DNA from: Chrysomallon squamiferum
Taxonomy: Eukaryota > Animalia > Mollusca
Length of the DNA stretch: 64,000 nucleotides
Assembly (NCBI GenBank): GCA_012295275.1
Contig: CM022665.1
Location: 9,052,001-9,116,000, forward strand
Reading direction: 5' to 3'
This document shows positions 52,873 to 64,000 of the stretch, one piece after another. Below the pieces are notes generated by a model. The model had not been told where the DNA came from. It saw only the letters and a list, made by a program, of their open reading frames with translations, and did not search any database. Positions within the stretch are counted from its first letter, which is position 1, and every line of letters starts with the position of its first letter. Made by a program: the position numbers and the translations under genes.

Positions 52873-52877
52873 ATTAA
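52807..52877. repeat. (ATT)n microsatellite
   Basis: Read directly. Confidence 0.9.
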
Positions 52878-52899
52878 ATATGTTTAAATGAAAGAAATA

Positions 52900-53114
52900 A
52901 CAAAACTGTTAGGCCTAATTATATGGCCTAGATGCAAGAACTGTCACTGTAGCTAATATCCTGGATGCTCGAACGCATGTGCAATACTGTCAAATTTAAC
53001 TTCCGGGAGTGCCTTTAGGCTTAACAGATGAAAACAAAGGTGTTATTTTTCATATTTTAATGTTGTTATCCTTGGCTTCTGAATTTGCATAATTAAATCA
53101 AGATTGGGTTAACG
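52900..53114. promoter_or_regulatory. Candidate MEMO1 promoter, possibly shared bidirectionally with the Kelch gene
   Basis: CpGs reappear here. ETS/GABP-type ACTTCCGG at 52999-53006 and an NRF1-like CGCATGTGCA at about 52974-52983. Lies between head-to-head genes. Confidence 0.45.
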
Positions 53115-53166
53115 ATGTCAAAAGTGCGCCGTGCAACCCACGCTGGAAGCTGGTATTCTGATAATG
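53115..53166 (+). CDS. MEMO1: MEMO1 exon 1
   Basis: MSKVRRATHAGSWYSDN contains the MEMO1 signature HAGSWY; donor G|gtaggt. Confidence 0.95.
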
Positions 53167-53301
53167 GTAGGTTTATTATGAATTGACAAACAGTTACAGC
53201 ATGATGAGTTTCGAGTATCAACAGTCTAAACAGAAAATTAGCGTTGATTCATTCCGTGGCAGGTCATTTCGAACTGTATTTTTATTTATGTTTTAGTGTT
53301 C

Positions 53302-53344
<43 letters not shown>

Positions 53345-53399
53345 CTGCTTCTGTTTTATGAGTCATTAAATTACAGTGTTCACCAACAAAGAAAATAAA

Positions 53400-53401
53400 T
53401 A

Positions 53402-53441
<40 letters not shown>

Positions 53442-53454
53442 AAAAAAGAAAGAA
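53400..53454. repeat. (GAAA)n microsatellite
   Basis: Read directly. Confidence 0.85.
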
Positions 53455-54283
53455 CAACAACAACCTCAAAAGCCGAAGAAGAAAAAAAAAAAGAAAAGAA
53501 GTTTTCTGAACAAAGCTGAATGGGGTCTTTAAATATGATTATTAATTTTTATAAAAATAATGTATTTGTACAGAAATTATTCTTAGATGAGTCATGTCAT
53601 TAAATATTTGGCATACACACGATATACTTTTTTATATAATTTTTTTTTTTTATCAATGTATAAATATTTAATTTAATTTATTAAGAAATGAATTAATGTT
53701 TGACGACACCTACACATTTCAATATATTTAAACAAGTTTTTTTCATAAACAGCTGTTAGGTGTTATACATTAACTATATACTAAGTGTATTATTGAAGAA
53801 ACACTACCATCACTCTAATCAATAGATATAAGTGCACCTTCTCAGACAGAAAAGCACACATACCATTTATAAAAAGGAGTAGCCCATGACATAATGAGTT
53901 TGTTGCTGATTATCTGTATGGTCATTAACTACATACTTAAAAATTAATTGCAAAATAAAATACTTATGGTTGTTGCTTTGTTTAACACATGACAACTATA
54001 TTAGTACATTATGATATATAATGATTTGGCACTGAGGAAAACAAATAAAATGCCAGTATATTAATTAGTGATATTTTTCAGGTTCCTTACATACAAATAG
54101 AAATGCTGATGTCATCATTGATGCAGTTACCAAATTTTCATACAAACTTTTCATGCTGTTAGTAAATTTACAGCCACATGTTTGAGAAATTCACACAACA
54201 TAATAAAAATCCATTTTCCTTTGTGATGCTTCTACAACTTGTAATATTCTTTCAAACTAATCATTATCTAATATTTATTTCAG

Positions 54284-54365
54284 TTGATGAACTTACTTCT
54301 CAACTTGACAGCTGGTTGGCAAAAGCAAAGCCAGTCCATTCTCCAGCCAGGGCTATTATAGCCCC
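54284..54365 (+). CDS. MEMO1: MEMO1 exon 2
   Basis: DELTSQLDSWLAKAKPVHSPARAIIAP; tttcag acceptor and gtatgt donor; phases consistent. Confidence 0.95.
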
Positions 54366-54729
54366 GTATGTACTTATTTTAATTATTTATTTATTTTAAA
54401 TACTTAATAATGTTTCTTAGGAGTAATGTTGTTAGTAATATTTTATTAGTACTAGTAATATTATTATTACTACTACTGTTATTATGATTACTGCTAATAC
54501 TGCTGATTGTACGAAAACTTATACTACTTCTTCTAATAATATTATGACATTAAACTTAAAAATAATAAATGAGAACAGAAATTGTGTTTTTGTCGTATAT
54601 ATTCTTTGAATCATGCTTGTTTGCAACTCTTCCTTTGATTTCTTTAATTCATTTTGAAAAAGAATTGTTAAAATATCTGAAGCATTTTCCATTTTTATTT
54701 ATTTTTATTATTTTGTTTTGTTTTTACAG

Positions 54730-54798
54730 ACATGCTGGCTACTATTACTGTGGTAGCTGTTCTGCACATGCTTACAAGCAGATTGAACCAGCAAATAT
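54730..54798 (+). CDS. MEMO1: MEMO1 exon 3
   Basis: HAGYYYCGSCSAHAYKQIEPAN; ttacag acceptor and gtgagt donor. Confidence 0.95.
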
Positions 54799-55182
54799 GT
54801 GAGTCTTTTGTGTCTGAAATACAGCTATATCTTTCAGGATGATTTTTTAATTTTGTTTTATTATTTTATTTCGTTCAATTCTTTTATTCTCTTTTTTTTT
54901 TTTTTTTTTTTTCTTTTGAATCAAAAAGAAATCAAATCATCATTTTCTCTGATTTAAGTTTATTTAATCTTATTTTTTTTTTAAATTTTTTTTTTTTTTT
55001 GAATGAATGACCGTGAAAAGTTTATGGGTTATTATATATAAACCATATATATAAACCAATTAAAACAATTTTATTTCTTTGATATTGTTTAGAGTAAAAT
55101 TTTGTTTTATTAAACATACTGTGTTTGACTTCAGAATATTATGAATCATGTTAATGTATTAGTGTGCATATTTTAATTTCAG

Positions 55183-55295
55183 ACATAGAGTATTTATTCT
55201 TGGCCCATCACATCATGTACGTCTGTCTGGCTGTGCTCTTTCTTCATGTGAAAAGTACCAGACACCCTTGTATGATCTATCCATAGATTCAAAAG
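55183..55295 (+). CDS. MEMO1: MEMO1 exon 4
   Basis: [37 protein letters not shown]; tttcag acceptor and gtaaac donor. Confidence 0.95.
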
Positions 55296-55834
55296 GTAAA
55301 CATCTGATCATTTTAGCATCTAAAGCAGATGTTATAAATATTCCTGGTTTACAAAGTTATTGCAGAGGATTTTTTTCACATTTTTAAAAGAATTGCTTTT
55401 ATGCCTTTTTATCTCAGAAGAAAATCAATTAGCTATAGTCAGGCAGCATAACAAATGTGTAATCTGTTTGGTGTTGGAATATTCTAATAACATTTTCTAA
55501 AAATGATAAAATATTTCATCATTATAAGAGCTGTTTTTGGTAGTTCAGTTTTGAAAAATAAGCAGCTAGATTTCTTTTAATATAATTTTTAATTTTTATT
55601 TTACAAAGATAAACATTCCTCTAAAGAAACCTATCCTATCTTCTTTTCTTTAATTTGTAGACTTTTTAAAATTTGTTTTTGTTATTATTATTCTTTTTTT
55701 TCTTCTTTTATTACATTTGTTTTCTCTCTAGTCATCATTGCTGATCAGAAGCAGATTTTCAGTTCCATATTGCATGCTTATGAAAAGGTCTTAATTTTAA
55801 AAACAATTGTAATATTTCTCTTGTTTATTTACAG

Positions 55835-55946
55835 TTTACAGTGATTTGTATGCCACTGGTTTGTTTGAAAACATGTCCATAGATACTGATGAAGAAGAAC
55901 ACAGCATTGAAATGCAATTGCCTTTTATTGCCAGAGTTCTGGAGAG
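55835..55946 (+). CDS. MEMO1: MEMO1 exon 5
   Basis: YSDLYATGLFENMSIDTDEEEHSIEMQLPFIARVLE (EHSIEM motif); ttacag acceptor and gtaagt donor. Confidence 0.95.
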
Positions 55947-57248
55947 GTAAGTTACGTTTCATGACAGCATTTCCCATTTTTATTTTATACTCTAATCAGA
56001 TTTAGAATAGTAAGCTTTACTGGTATTCCTTTCAAAGAAATATTGCTCTCAATGCCTAAAAGAGAGCAACTGAATCATGTAGTCAGAATATAAATTTTGC
56101 TTGTGTTTGTGTGTGTGTAAGTAAATGTATATATGTATATGCTGGGGAAATGCCCTTTTTCTAGTCTGAGACTGATTCATGATCTTTAGTACTGAACTAT
56201 TCTTGAAAAATATGTGTTCATTGGTCACACTTTTGAAAATGTTTTAGTCTAGATGTCTGGTTATGTAACTGAAATAATTTTTATTTGTTAGCAATCTTAG
56301 CAGATTAAACACTTCATTCTTTCCCAGATTTGTCAATAACAAGACTGTCAATTAGTGTTGTTTTTTTGTTCAGCAGTAGCTAGAAATGAGAGGTGTATTA
56401 ATTATTAGTTTTACTTTTGAATTAGGCTACAGTTTCATTAAAACAAAACATCTAAATGGTATTACTGGACACAGTAATTAAGGGTTAGAAAGAAGATAAT
56501 TAATAATTTTTAATTAAGAACAGCAAATCGTCCAGTCAGCTATGACATTATTAACAGTTTTGTCAACTGGCACAGTTTCTGTCAAATGGCACTTAAGCTG
56601 AAAAAAACAGGTCAATGGAACTAAGAAGGGTTTGACATTTATTGTCACTAAACATGGTATAAAATATTTATATTTTGTTTACGTGCATGTTTAGTTAAAA
56701 ATCAGCCCTTTTTATATGTTGATGTTAAATGTCAAACCAGAATGTATCACATATTATGAAAATCAATTAAATTGTTTAAATGAAATATGCTATTTTTGCT
56801 AAAATTATTATTATTTGCATATTTAAAGAAATAGTTACAATGACAAAATGGAGATGGTTTTTAACCCAGAATTTTCTGGGAGGGATTAATACTAATAGTA
56901 ATACAAATGACATAATAACTAGACATTTTCTGGGTGGGAGAAATATGTACAGAGACTTCACTGATTGGCTAAAATATGTGTCTGCATACTGTTGTTGTTT
57001 GTACTGTTATTAATTATCATCATCATTATTATTATTACTTCAGATAGCATCCAAAAAATACTTCACAACTTTTTTTAACATTTAACTTGGTTTACATTAA
57101 ACAAATACTTTGCAGATTTCATATCTTTACTACAATGTGTAGATAACTGTAGAAAATAATTTTCTGTGATTGTTATTGGGATGTTGTATTCTAATCTGAT
57201 TTTACTTGAAACATACATAATGACAACTGTTGTAAAAATTATTTTCAG

Positions 57249-57391
57249 TCATAAAAATGATCTAACCATTGTTCCTGTATTGGTTGGCTCTCTGAATTCT
57301 GACAAAGAGCAGCAGTATGGAAAACTATTTAGCAAGTATCTACTGGACCCAGAAAATCTGTTTGTGATCTCATCAGACTTCTGTCACTGGG
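57249..57391 (+). CDS. MEMO1: MEMO1 exon 6
   Basis: [47 protein letters not shown] (SSDFCHW motif); tttcag acceptor and gtatat donor. Confidence 0.95.
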
Positions 57392-57841
57392 GTATATTTG
57401 TTATCTGTTTTCAAGAGAATAATAAGATTACAGAATTAGAAAACAATAATTTTAGTTTTTTTTAAAATGCCAAGACGATATTTAATATGTTGAAAATAAT
57501 TTTAAGCATTTGATTCTTATTATTATTACTACTTGTCATTTTCTGTTTTGTTTGGCTAGAATATAAGTTTTTTTTCTTTTAAATTTCTTCAGGTTGCCAG
57601 CAGCCTGTAGGTTAGTTTAAATAGATGCACTGATTTATTTTATTATCTGTAATTAATTCAAAATGTTTTAAGATTTGTCTTGTTGGGTTTTTTAAAATAA
57701 AACAAGTTGTAAGGCAAAATGTGATTTGTTTCAAATTTTTATAAATGTATATATCTGTATATCTTTAAACTAATTTTTAAGTACTATGTAAATGTTTTAC
57801 ATTCTGTAAGTTTAATGTTTAAACAAAATATTTTTTTTCAG

Positions 57842-57918
57842 GACGGAGGTTTCATTATACATTTCATGATAAAAGTTTTGGTGATATCTGGCAGTCCATT
57901 GAAGCTTTGGACAGAATG
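57842..57918 (+). CDS. MEMO1: MEMO1 exon 7
   Basis: (G)RRFHYTFHDKSFGDIWQSIEALDRM; tttcag acceptor and gttagt donor. Confidence 0.93.
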
Positions 57919-58178
57919 GTTAGTAATTGTCAAAAACCATATGAAATTGTATCATATAATCAAATAGCTTCAGTTCATTTTGTACCCTTAAAAGGTATCA
58001 GCAATCAAGCCAATAATTTGTTACCTAGCAAAGTATTCTTTAATCCTCAGTCTGTCATGGACTTTTGGACTTGGAAACAATTGTTATTGCGTCATTAGTA
58101 CCTCAAAAGCTGTGTGAATCAGTTGTTTTTAATTTTTTCAGTTTTAATGTTATGAACATGTGAAGAAATATCTTTCAG

Positions 58179-58283
58179 GGGATGGATATAATAGAAAAAA
58201 TGGCTCCCTCAGAGTTCACAAGATATCTTGGTGATTATAACAACACTATATGTGGAAGACATCCTATTGGAGTTTTACTTAAT
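58179..58283 (+). CDS. MEMO1: MEMO1 exon 8
   Basis: [35 protein letters not shown] (NTICGRHPI motif); tttcag acceptor and gtaagt donor. Confidence 0.95.
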
Positions 58284-58523
58284 GTAAGTATTTTCTTTTG
58301 TTTGTTGTTAGCATTTTATTTATTTATTTATCATGCAGATATTTTGTTTTTGTTATTTTTTTATTGTGAATCTGTTTTTCTTATAAATGAATATGAAAAA
58401 ATAAAGGGAAATAATCTGTAGTGGATTGATTGAACAATCCAATCAACGAGTTCCATCATGAAATAATTAGGTTTAAATGCAAAGTAGGAAAATAATATAC
58501 ATTTGTGTGTGTGTGTGTGTGCG

Positions 58524-60594
58524 TTAAACCCGACCGTCTCAGATTTTTATGAATTTTGGTATACTTGTTCACTGAGATCCCATAGCACCAAATGGATGAT
58601 TGATATATTTTTGCATTACGATGTACATTTTCTACATGTATACACTTCTCTGAGACCAAAAACTCATCTTTGGAGTTAAAACCCACCTGATATGAAAAGA
58701 TGCCAAATGGCATGACATATTCTACACAATCAGGCTCAAAGGGTTAACAGGAAGTGATGCTTCAGGCATGTCAGGAACTCCTTGAAATCCCCTGGTGAAA
58801 TCAGCATTGAGCACATGGCAATTAGAAGTTTAAGACAAAGAAGTGTCTTCATCTGCATTTCTTTGACAATCCGAAGCTTTCAAGTTGGACACAATGTCAG
58901 ATGTTGATATGTAAGCATTGTTTTCTTCATAAAACCTATTAAGTTATTTTATCATGTCATGTGGCCTTGCCAATGGTTTTGAACAAGGTTTCAGTCAACT
59001 ACAGTACAACCCAGTCTGAAATCCCAGTCTGTAACTGTGTATGCTTTTTTAAGTGTTGTTATTCCATACCTTCAGACTGAGTTTCCTCATGTTATTCCAT
59101 ACCTTCAGACTGAGTTTCCTGGGGGACATGCCAGTTTGCAGCATGAAAAAGATTCAAGAATTATTTTCACTGATGGCTGTTGGAATTAAAGGGAAACAAA
59201 ATGGTCAAGGAAACACGTAAAAATAAGAACAATTTTGTTAACCTGTGCCACCATGAAGAGCACTTTGGGTTGGAAGTGAATGGAACTTTTTTATAACAAG
59301 CCACGGCAAAAGTGCCTGTGATGGAATTGGGGGGACAGTGAAGAGGTTGCTGATAATGGCCAGTTTGCAGCGTCCCTACACAGACTCAGTGAGGCTATCA
59401 GATTTCTGCATCAAGAATATTCCAGGCATTCACTTCTTCAACATCACACCAGACCACATAGCAAAGCATGAGTTGGAATTAAAAGGGAGGTTTCAAGTGG
59501 CCAAAATGGTCAAGGAAACACAGTAGTTTCACTGGTTAGTTCCATTATCTAAATCAAAGATGCATGCCTACAAGCTCAGCCTGCAGAGTGACCCACCAGA
59601 ACTAGTATCTGTCCAGGATTCTGATGATGATATGACAGCGTTACCACTGGAGTCTTCCACTGAAGCCAAGAATCAAGACTGTGTTTGTTGTCTGTATGAC
59701 AGTGAGGCATGGGTTGGGCTAGTTGAGGACATTTCAGAAGAGCATAGTGACTTCTTCATTCATTTCATGCACCCTCACGGACCTTCTAAGTTATTTAACT
59801 GGCCAAACAAAGACACTTGTTGGATTAGTGAAAGGGACATCTTCTGTGTGATTGATACACCTGCTATTGCATCTTCTTCTATTGCATATTGGACGTATTC
59901 TCTGATTAAAAAGGATGATGCTAGAATTGCAAGATTATGGGGGAAGTGGGTTACTGAATGATTTTGTGAGTGCTGAACTGGTGAGAAGGCAATGAAGTAA
60001 GTAGTTTGGTATCATATGATCATACATGTAGACCCACAATGTCTTACTCTGCGATCAAGAGAGATGGTGATTCCTAGCATCCAGAATTGATCATTCAGGT
60101 TTGTCATGGATGTGCCTTTTTTAAATCTATATTGTGGCTAAACAAAAAATATTACACCCAGGAAACTTTTATATGTTTTAGTTAACATGTGGCAGATTAA
60201 ATTTCAATAAAGGTCATCTCAAGGTCACATGATCTGCAAGGTCAGTTTCAAGGTCATAACAAAGGTCAAAAGGTCAGTGTACCCCAAATTTTTCCAAACT
60301 GAACAATTATGGCAGATGTGGAATCCTTGTCATATTGCCTTTTCAACAATAACAATTTTATTAAACTTGGCCCAGTAGTTCCTGAGATATGAGGGTTAAA
60401 AGGTTGGTGGTCATGCCCATTTTTGCCAAAAATCTCAAAATTGGGTGGGCCATATCTCCCACACCACTGGTCTGATTGGCCTAAAATTTGGTGCTGTGGG
60501 ATTCCAGTCAACAAGTATAAGAAGTTTCATAAAAATCGGAGACAGTTGGGTTTAAATTTGTTTAATGGGGGGGGCGATTTGACATGGAATGACC
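58524..60594 (+). mobile_element. Decayed, internally deleted Sola2-type DNA transposon in MEMO1 intron 8
   Basis: Inverted repeats 58524-58593 and 60486-60555 align without gaps, with 59 of 70 identities by hand count. The right end reads ...GATTTGACATGGAATGACC. Broken transposase frames contain FTDGC...KNKNNFVNLCHHEEHFGLEV/WNFFITSHGKSACDGIGGTVKR, the DG...HGK..DG.GG..K pattern I recall for Sola2 transposases. Confidence 0.8.
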
Positions 60595-60715
60595 AATTTT
60601 TCTTTTTAACTTTGTTTTATATGTACTTACAACTTTGAATTGTTATTTATATATCTATGTAATAAATATTCATTAACTGAGATTCTTATTTCTTTTATAT
60701 ATATATATCTTGCAG

Positions 60716-60853
60716 GCAATAGAATCTGTTCACACAAAGAATGGCAACAGGAAGATGACATTTAAATTTGTAAAATATGCTCAGTCTAGCCAATGTAGAA
60801 GCACTCACGACTCTTCTGTTAGCTATGCAGCTGGAACACTGGTGGTTCACTGA
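60716..60853 (+). CDS. MEMO1: MEMO1 exon 9 (terminal)
   Basis: AIESVHTKNGNRKMTFKFVKYAQSSQCRSTHDSSVSYAAGTLVVH* (YAQSSQC...DSSVSYAAG motif). The summed CDS is 891 nt, i.e. 296 aa plus stop. Confidence 0.95.
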   Translation, partial: AIESVHTKNGNRKMTFKFVKYAQSSQCRSTHDSSVSYAAGTLVVH

Positions 60854-61949
60854 CCTTCAACTTATCTTTATTTACTTTTTAACCACTGTTCAGTGTGTAC
60901 ATATAGCTGACACTTCCTGATCTGATCTGTCCCATTCTTCTAGTTGTATGCACAAAGTAGAAATAATAGTAATTATATAATAAGCATGTAGTTGAAATAT
61001 AATATATATACTCGCTTTTACAGATATCATTTTTAGTATAAATTATGGCACCACATATCAAATAGATATGCATGTCCTTTTTGTAGCTTTGTTTTAAGAA
61101 GTATACAGGAACAAACTTTGGATTTTCTTTTAATATGAGGATATGTTAATTATTAGCATATGTGCGCTTTCATTTGCTCCTGAAATTCATCAGATGTGTT
61201 CAAAAATAAAATGACAAATCAAAGCAACTTGCTTTAAACAAAATTATAAATTAATCAAACCATACTACTAATTGTATCTTGATTGAAACAATTTAATGCC
61301 ATCAAATAGACTGTTTGCAGAAGAAATGGGCTTGATAATTTCCAGTTAAATAAATATTTTATTATTACATCTACCTTCTTATTGTGTTTTACCTTTAGAA
61401 ATCCCTTTTTGGAACATTACTAGTATATTTTATCTCTGAATATAAAACCTTTTTATTAAATTATTATAAGCTTGAAACTTTACTTATAGCTTGTAATAAC
61501 TTGGAATTTAGAGATTTATTTTATTTGATAAGGTCACCCTTTTTGATACTCAATTTTCTTTGTAAACATTGATTTGTTTTTAAAATAATTATTAATTTCT
61601 GTTTCTTTTGGTTGTTTGGGGCCAGGATATGGTTTGTGTTTTATTTTCTTGTGTCAGCTGTTTATGTCCTAAGTAATTGTCTCTGTAATTCCATAATAAT
61701 TGATGGAATAATTTAGCTCTTGTTTTTTCGATAATGGGAATATTCTAATCTGTAAGATTATTTTATCATGAATTATTGAAATTAACCTATACACTTTCAA
61801 GAATGAGAAAAATAAAACACTTCTATATATATCTGAATATGTTGGATATAATGTTTAATACAATGCATTGTTATGATGGAATTATGTAACTTATTGATAC
61901 ATTTTTACAGTTATAATACATTATTACAGAAATGGTGAAATATTGTTTA

Positions 61950-62415
61950 TTGTGGATACATTTTTTAGACATAGTATAATATATTATTACTGAAATGTTT
62001 ATCATGGATAAATCTTTAGATAGTATAACTCCTGTATTAAATTGTTGAAGTAACTGAATAATGATTAGTTGGAATGGATGAAGTATTTCAGTATAGTACA
62101 ACTTAATGATTAAGTTAAATTAATGAAATCTTTGAATATATTCTTAGATACAGTACTACTCATAATTATGTTAGAGTAAATTTGAGCTTATATGGATAAA
62201 ATGTAGTATAACTCAGCTATGTTAAATTAGTGAAATATCTGAATACTGTTTAGTTCATAGGAATAAATTGGATATTGTACAACTAATAATTACATTAAAT
62301 CATTGAATTATGTGATCAGTGTTTAGATCTAATGAATAAATTTAATAGATACAATAACTGATAATTATGTTAAATTACTGAGATGTTTGAATAATGTTTA
62401 GCTCATGGATAATTG
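61950..62415. repeat. Highly degenerate tandem repeat, unit about 60-80 bp
   Basis: Recurring blocks ATGGATAAAT, TAGTACAACT/TAGTATAACT, ATAATTATGTTAAATT and TGAATAATGTTTAG. Unit length and ends are approximate. Confidence 0.6.
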
Positions 62416-62848
62416 TTCATTGTTGTGAATTGCTATATTTGAAACAGAAAATGATTTCAGTGTCTCAAGGTGTCATCTATTACAATAATTTTGTAAAACA
62501 TAATTTTGCTTGCTAGACAAATAATTAACTATAATTATGATTTCCCTTAATTATAAATAGAAATTATATTTTTCAGAGACCTGTAAGGTTAACTTAGAAG
62601 TAGAGCATGTAATGTATTTAGAACTAGAACAATGCAGGAGAAATGGCCTTTACAAATAATAGTGTAAGTCTTTTTGTTGTGGTGTTTTTGCTTATAATTT
62701 TTAAGAATTTAAAACAAGAACTAATCTTTCCCCAACAATCAATTGCAGAAAGAAAGGTGAATTTAAACCACTGGTTTTAACAGTGTTGTTTGTTGTAGAC
62801 TGTGAGTTGGAGGTTTATATTATTGTTATTATTATATAGCCAAACTAG

Positions 62849-62850
<2 letters not shown>

Positions 62851-62887
<37 letters not shown>
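62851..62887. repeat. (AC)n microsatellite
   Basis: Read directly. Confidence 0.9.
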
Positions 62888-62890
<3 letters not shown>

Positions 62891-64000
62891 GTATTTGTGA
62901 ATGTCTAATACATAAGTATATCTGCAACATGTTTATGCAAATTATAAAATACTACTTGTATTAACTTTCTTTTGTTTCTCCATTTCAGTGAAAAATTAAA
63001 TTTTTTGTTTTTTGTAATCTTGTTTTGTATTTTTTACCAGAAATATGGACAATAATGTTTAATTTTTATCTCTTCAAATGAATAATGTTTTAGAGAACTA
63101 TTTAAAAAAAAAAAAAAAATAATAATAATAATAATAATGTCTGGGTACTAAGTACACTAGTTTAGTAACAAAATCAAATCTCAAAAATGTTATTTTTCAC
63201 TGTATATATATCAGCTGAATTAGATTTTAAATTTATTTAGATCACTCACTTAACTTTAGGAAGCAAAAAACAACCTTTTTTTTTTTTTTCTGAAGTTGTT
63301 TTCTAAATTTTGCATAACCAAAAAAAAGAAGAGAAAAAACCAGATACTAATGTAATTTGCAAATGTTTAATATGGACTAACTAGTAAAATATTCTTTAAA
63401 CTTTAATTGTGTTTTTTATATTCATTTTATTAAATATTATTATGTTTTCACACACACACACAGTGATGTCAGTATTATTGATGGGTTTACTTCTTTTGCA
63501 ACACTTGTAATCACAATCATACTAAATATCTCTGGGGTTGATTTGTCTACATGTACCAAAGGTTAGCTAATAATTGATACACCACTGATTTGTGGTTACT
63601 GCTGAACAAAGAAAACAGTAACTGACAGTCATGATTTAACAAATGTGGGAACACCTGAAATGTTTAACTTCCTATAACACAGGTAATAAATAAAAATTAT
63701 TTCAATAACATAAGCTTTGGACTGAAATTGTTTTATTTTTTATTTTTAAATTTGACCATTATATTAAGACTCTGAAAATCTCAATTTTCTAAATGAATCA
63801 AATAACAAAAATTGAATTGAATTGAATTTGGAATATACCTTGGAAAATAATCAAGCAAGTGTATTAGAAGCAGTTCATGAAAGGATATGCAGCTCAGTAT
63901 TTTAAATCTTAATATTTTATGAATATAATGTTTAACAAAAAATACATTTATAAATAAATAAATATCAAAGAGAAAAAAAAGAAGATAGGCAGATAAACAG

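Noticed and set aside
63575-63606. Partial resemblance to lophotrochozoan miR-1992 (ACCACTGATTTG)
   Set aside because: The seed is absent at the right position and no long hairpin can be folded by eye.

Overview
AT-rich (about 30% GC by eye) animal genomic DNA with spliceosomal introns and many microsatellites. It is almost certainly molluscan and probably gastropod, inferred from the 8-cysteine insulin-related peptide and SINE-like remnants. Four protein-coding genes can be reconstructed by hand. (1) A molluscan insulin-related peptide precursor (minus strand; coding exons 20162-20387 and 10834-11054; 148 aa; probable non-coding first exon near 24.3 kb), whose A-chain exon is missed by the ORF track. 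(2) YIPF4 (plus strand, 6 exons, 38132-45934), with an apparent 1-nt insertion in exon 3. (3) A single-coding-exon BTB-BACK-Kelch gene (minus strand, 49670-51529). (4) MEMO1 (plus strand, 9 exons, 53115-60853, 296 aa), head-to-head with the Kelch gene. Mobile DNA includes a TA-flanked 284-bp MITE that closely resembles mammalian Tigger4/Zombi (MER46) elements, a decayed Sola2-type DNA transposon in MEMO1 intron 8, and decayed tRNA-SINE fragments. Tandem repeats have units of 38, about 45, 47 and about 75 bp. CpG content switches sharply from the CpG-retaining insulin domain to the CpG-depleted housekeeping gene bodies. I found no CRISPR array, rRNA, tRNA or prokaryote-type system. The best leads are the unusual insulin precursor processing sites, the Tigger4-like MITE (possible horizontal transfer), the YIPF4-MEMO1 linkage shared with human 2p22, and the YIPF4 frameshift. 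All family assignments are from recall, not from database searches.
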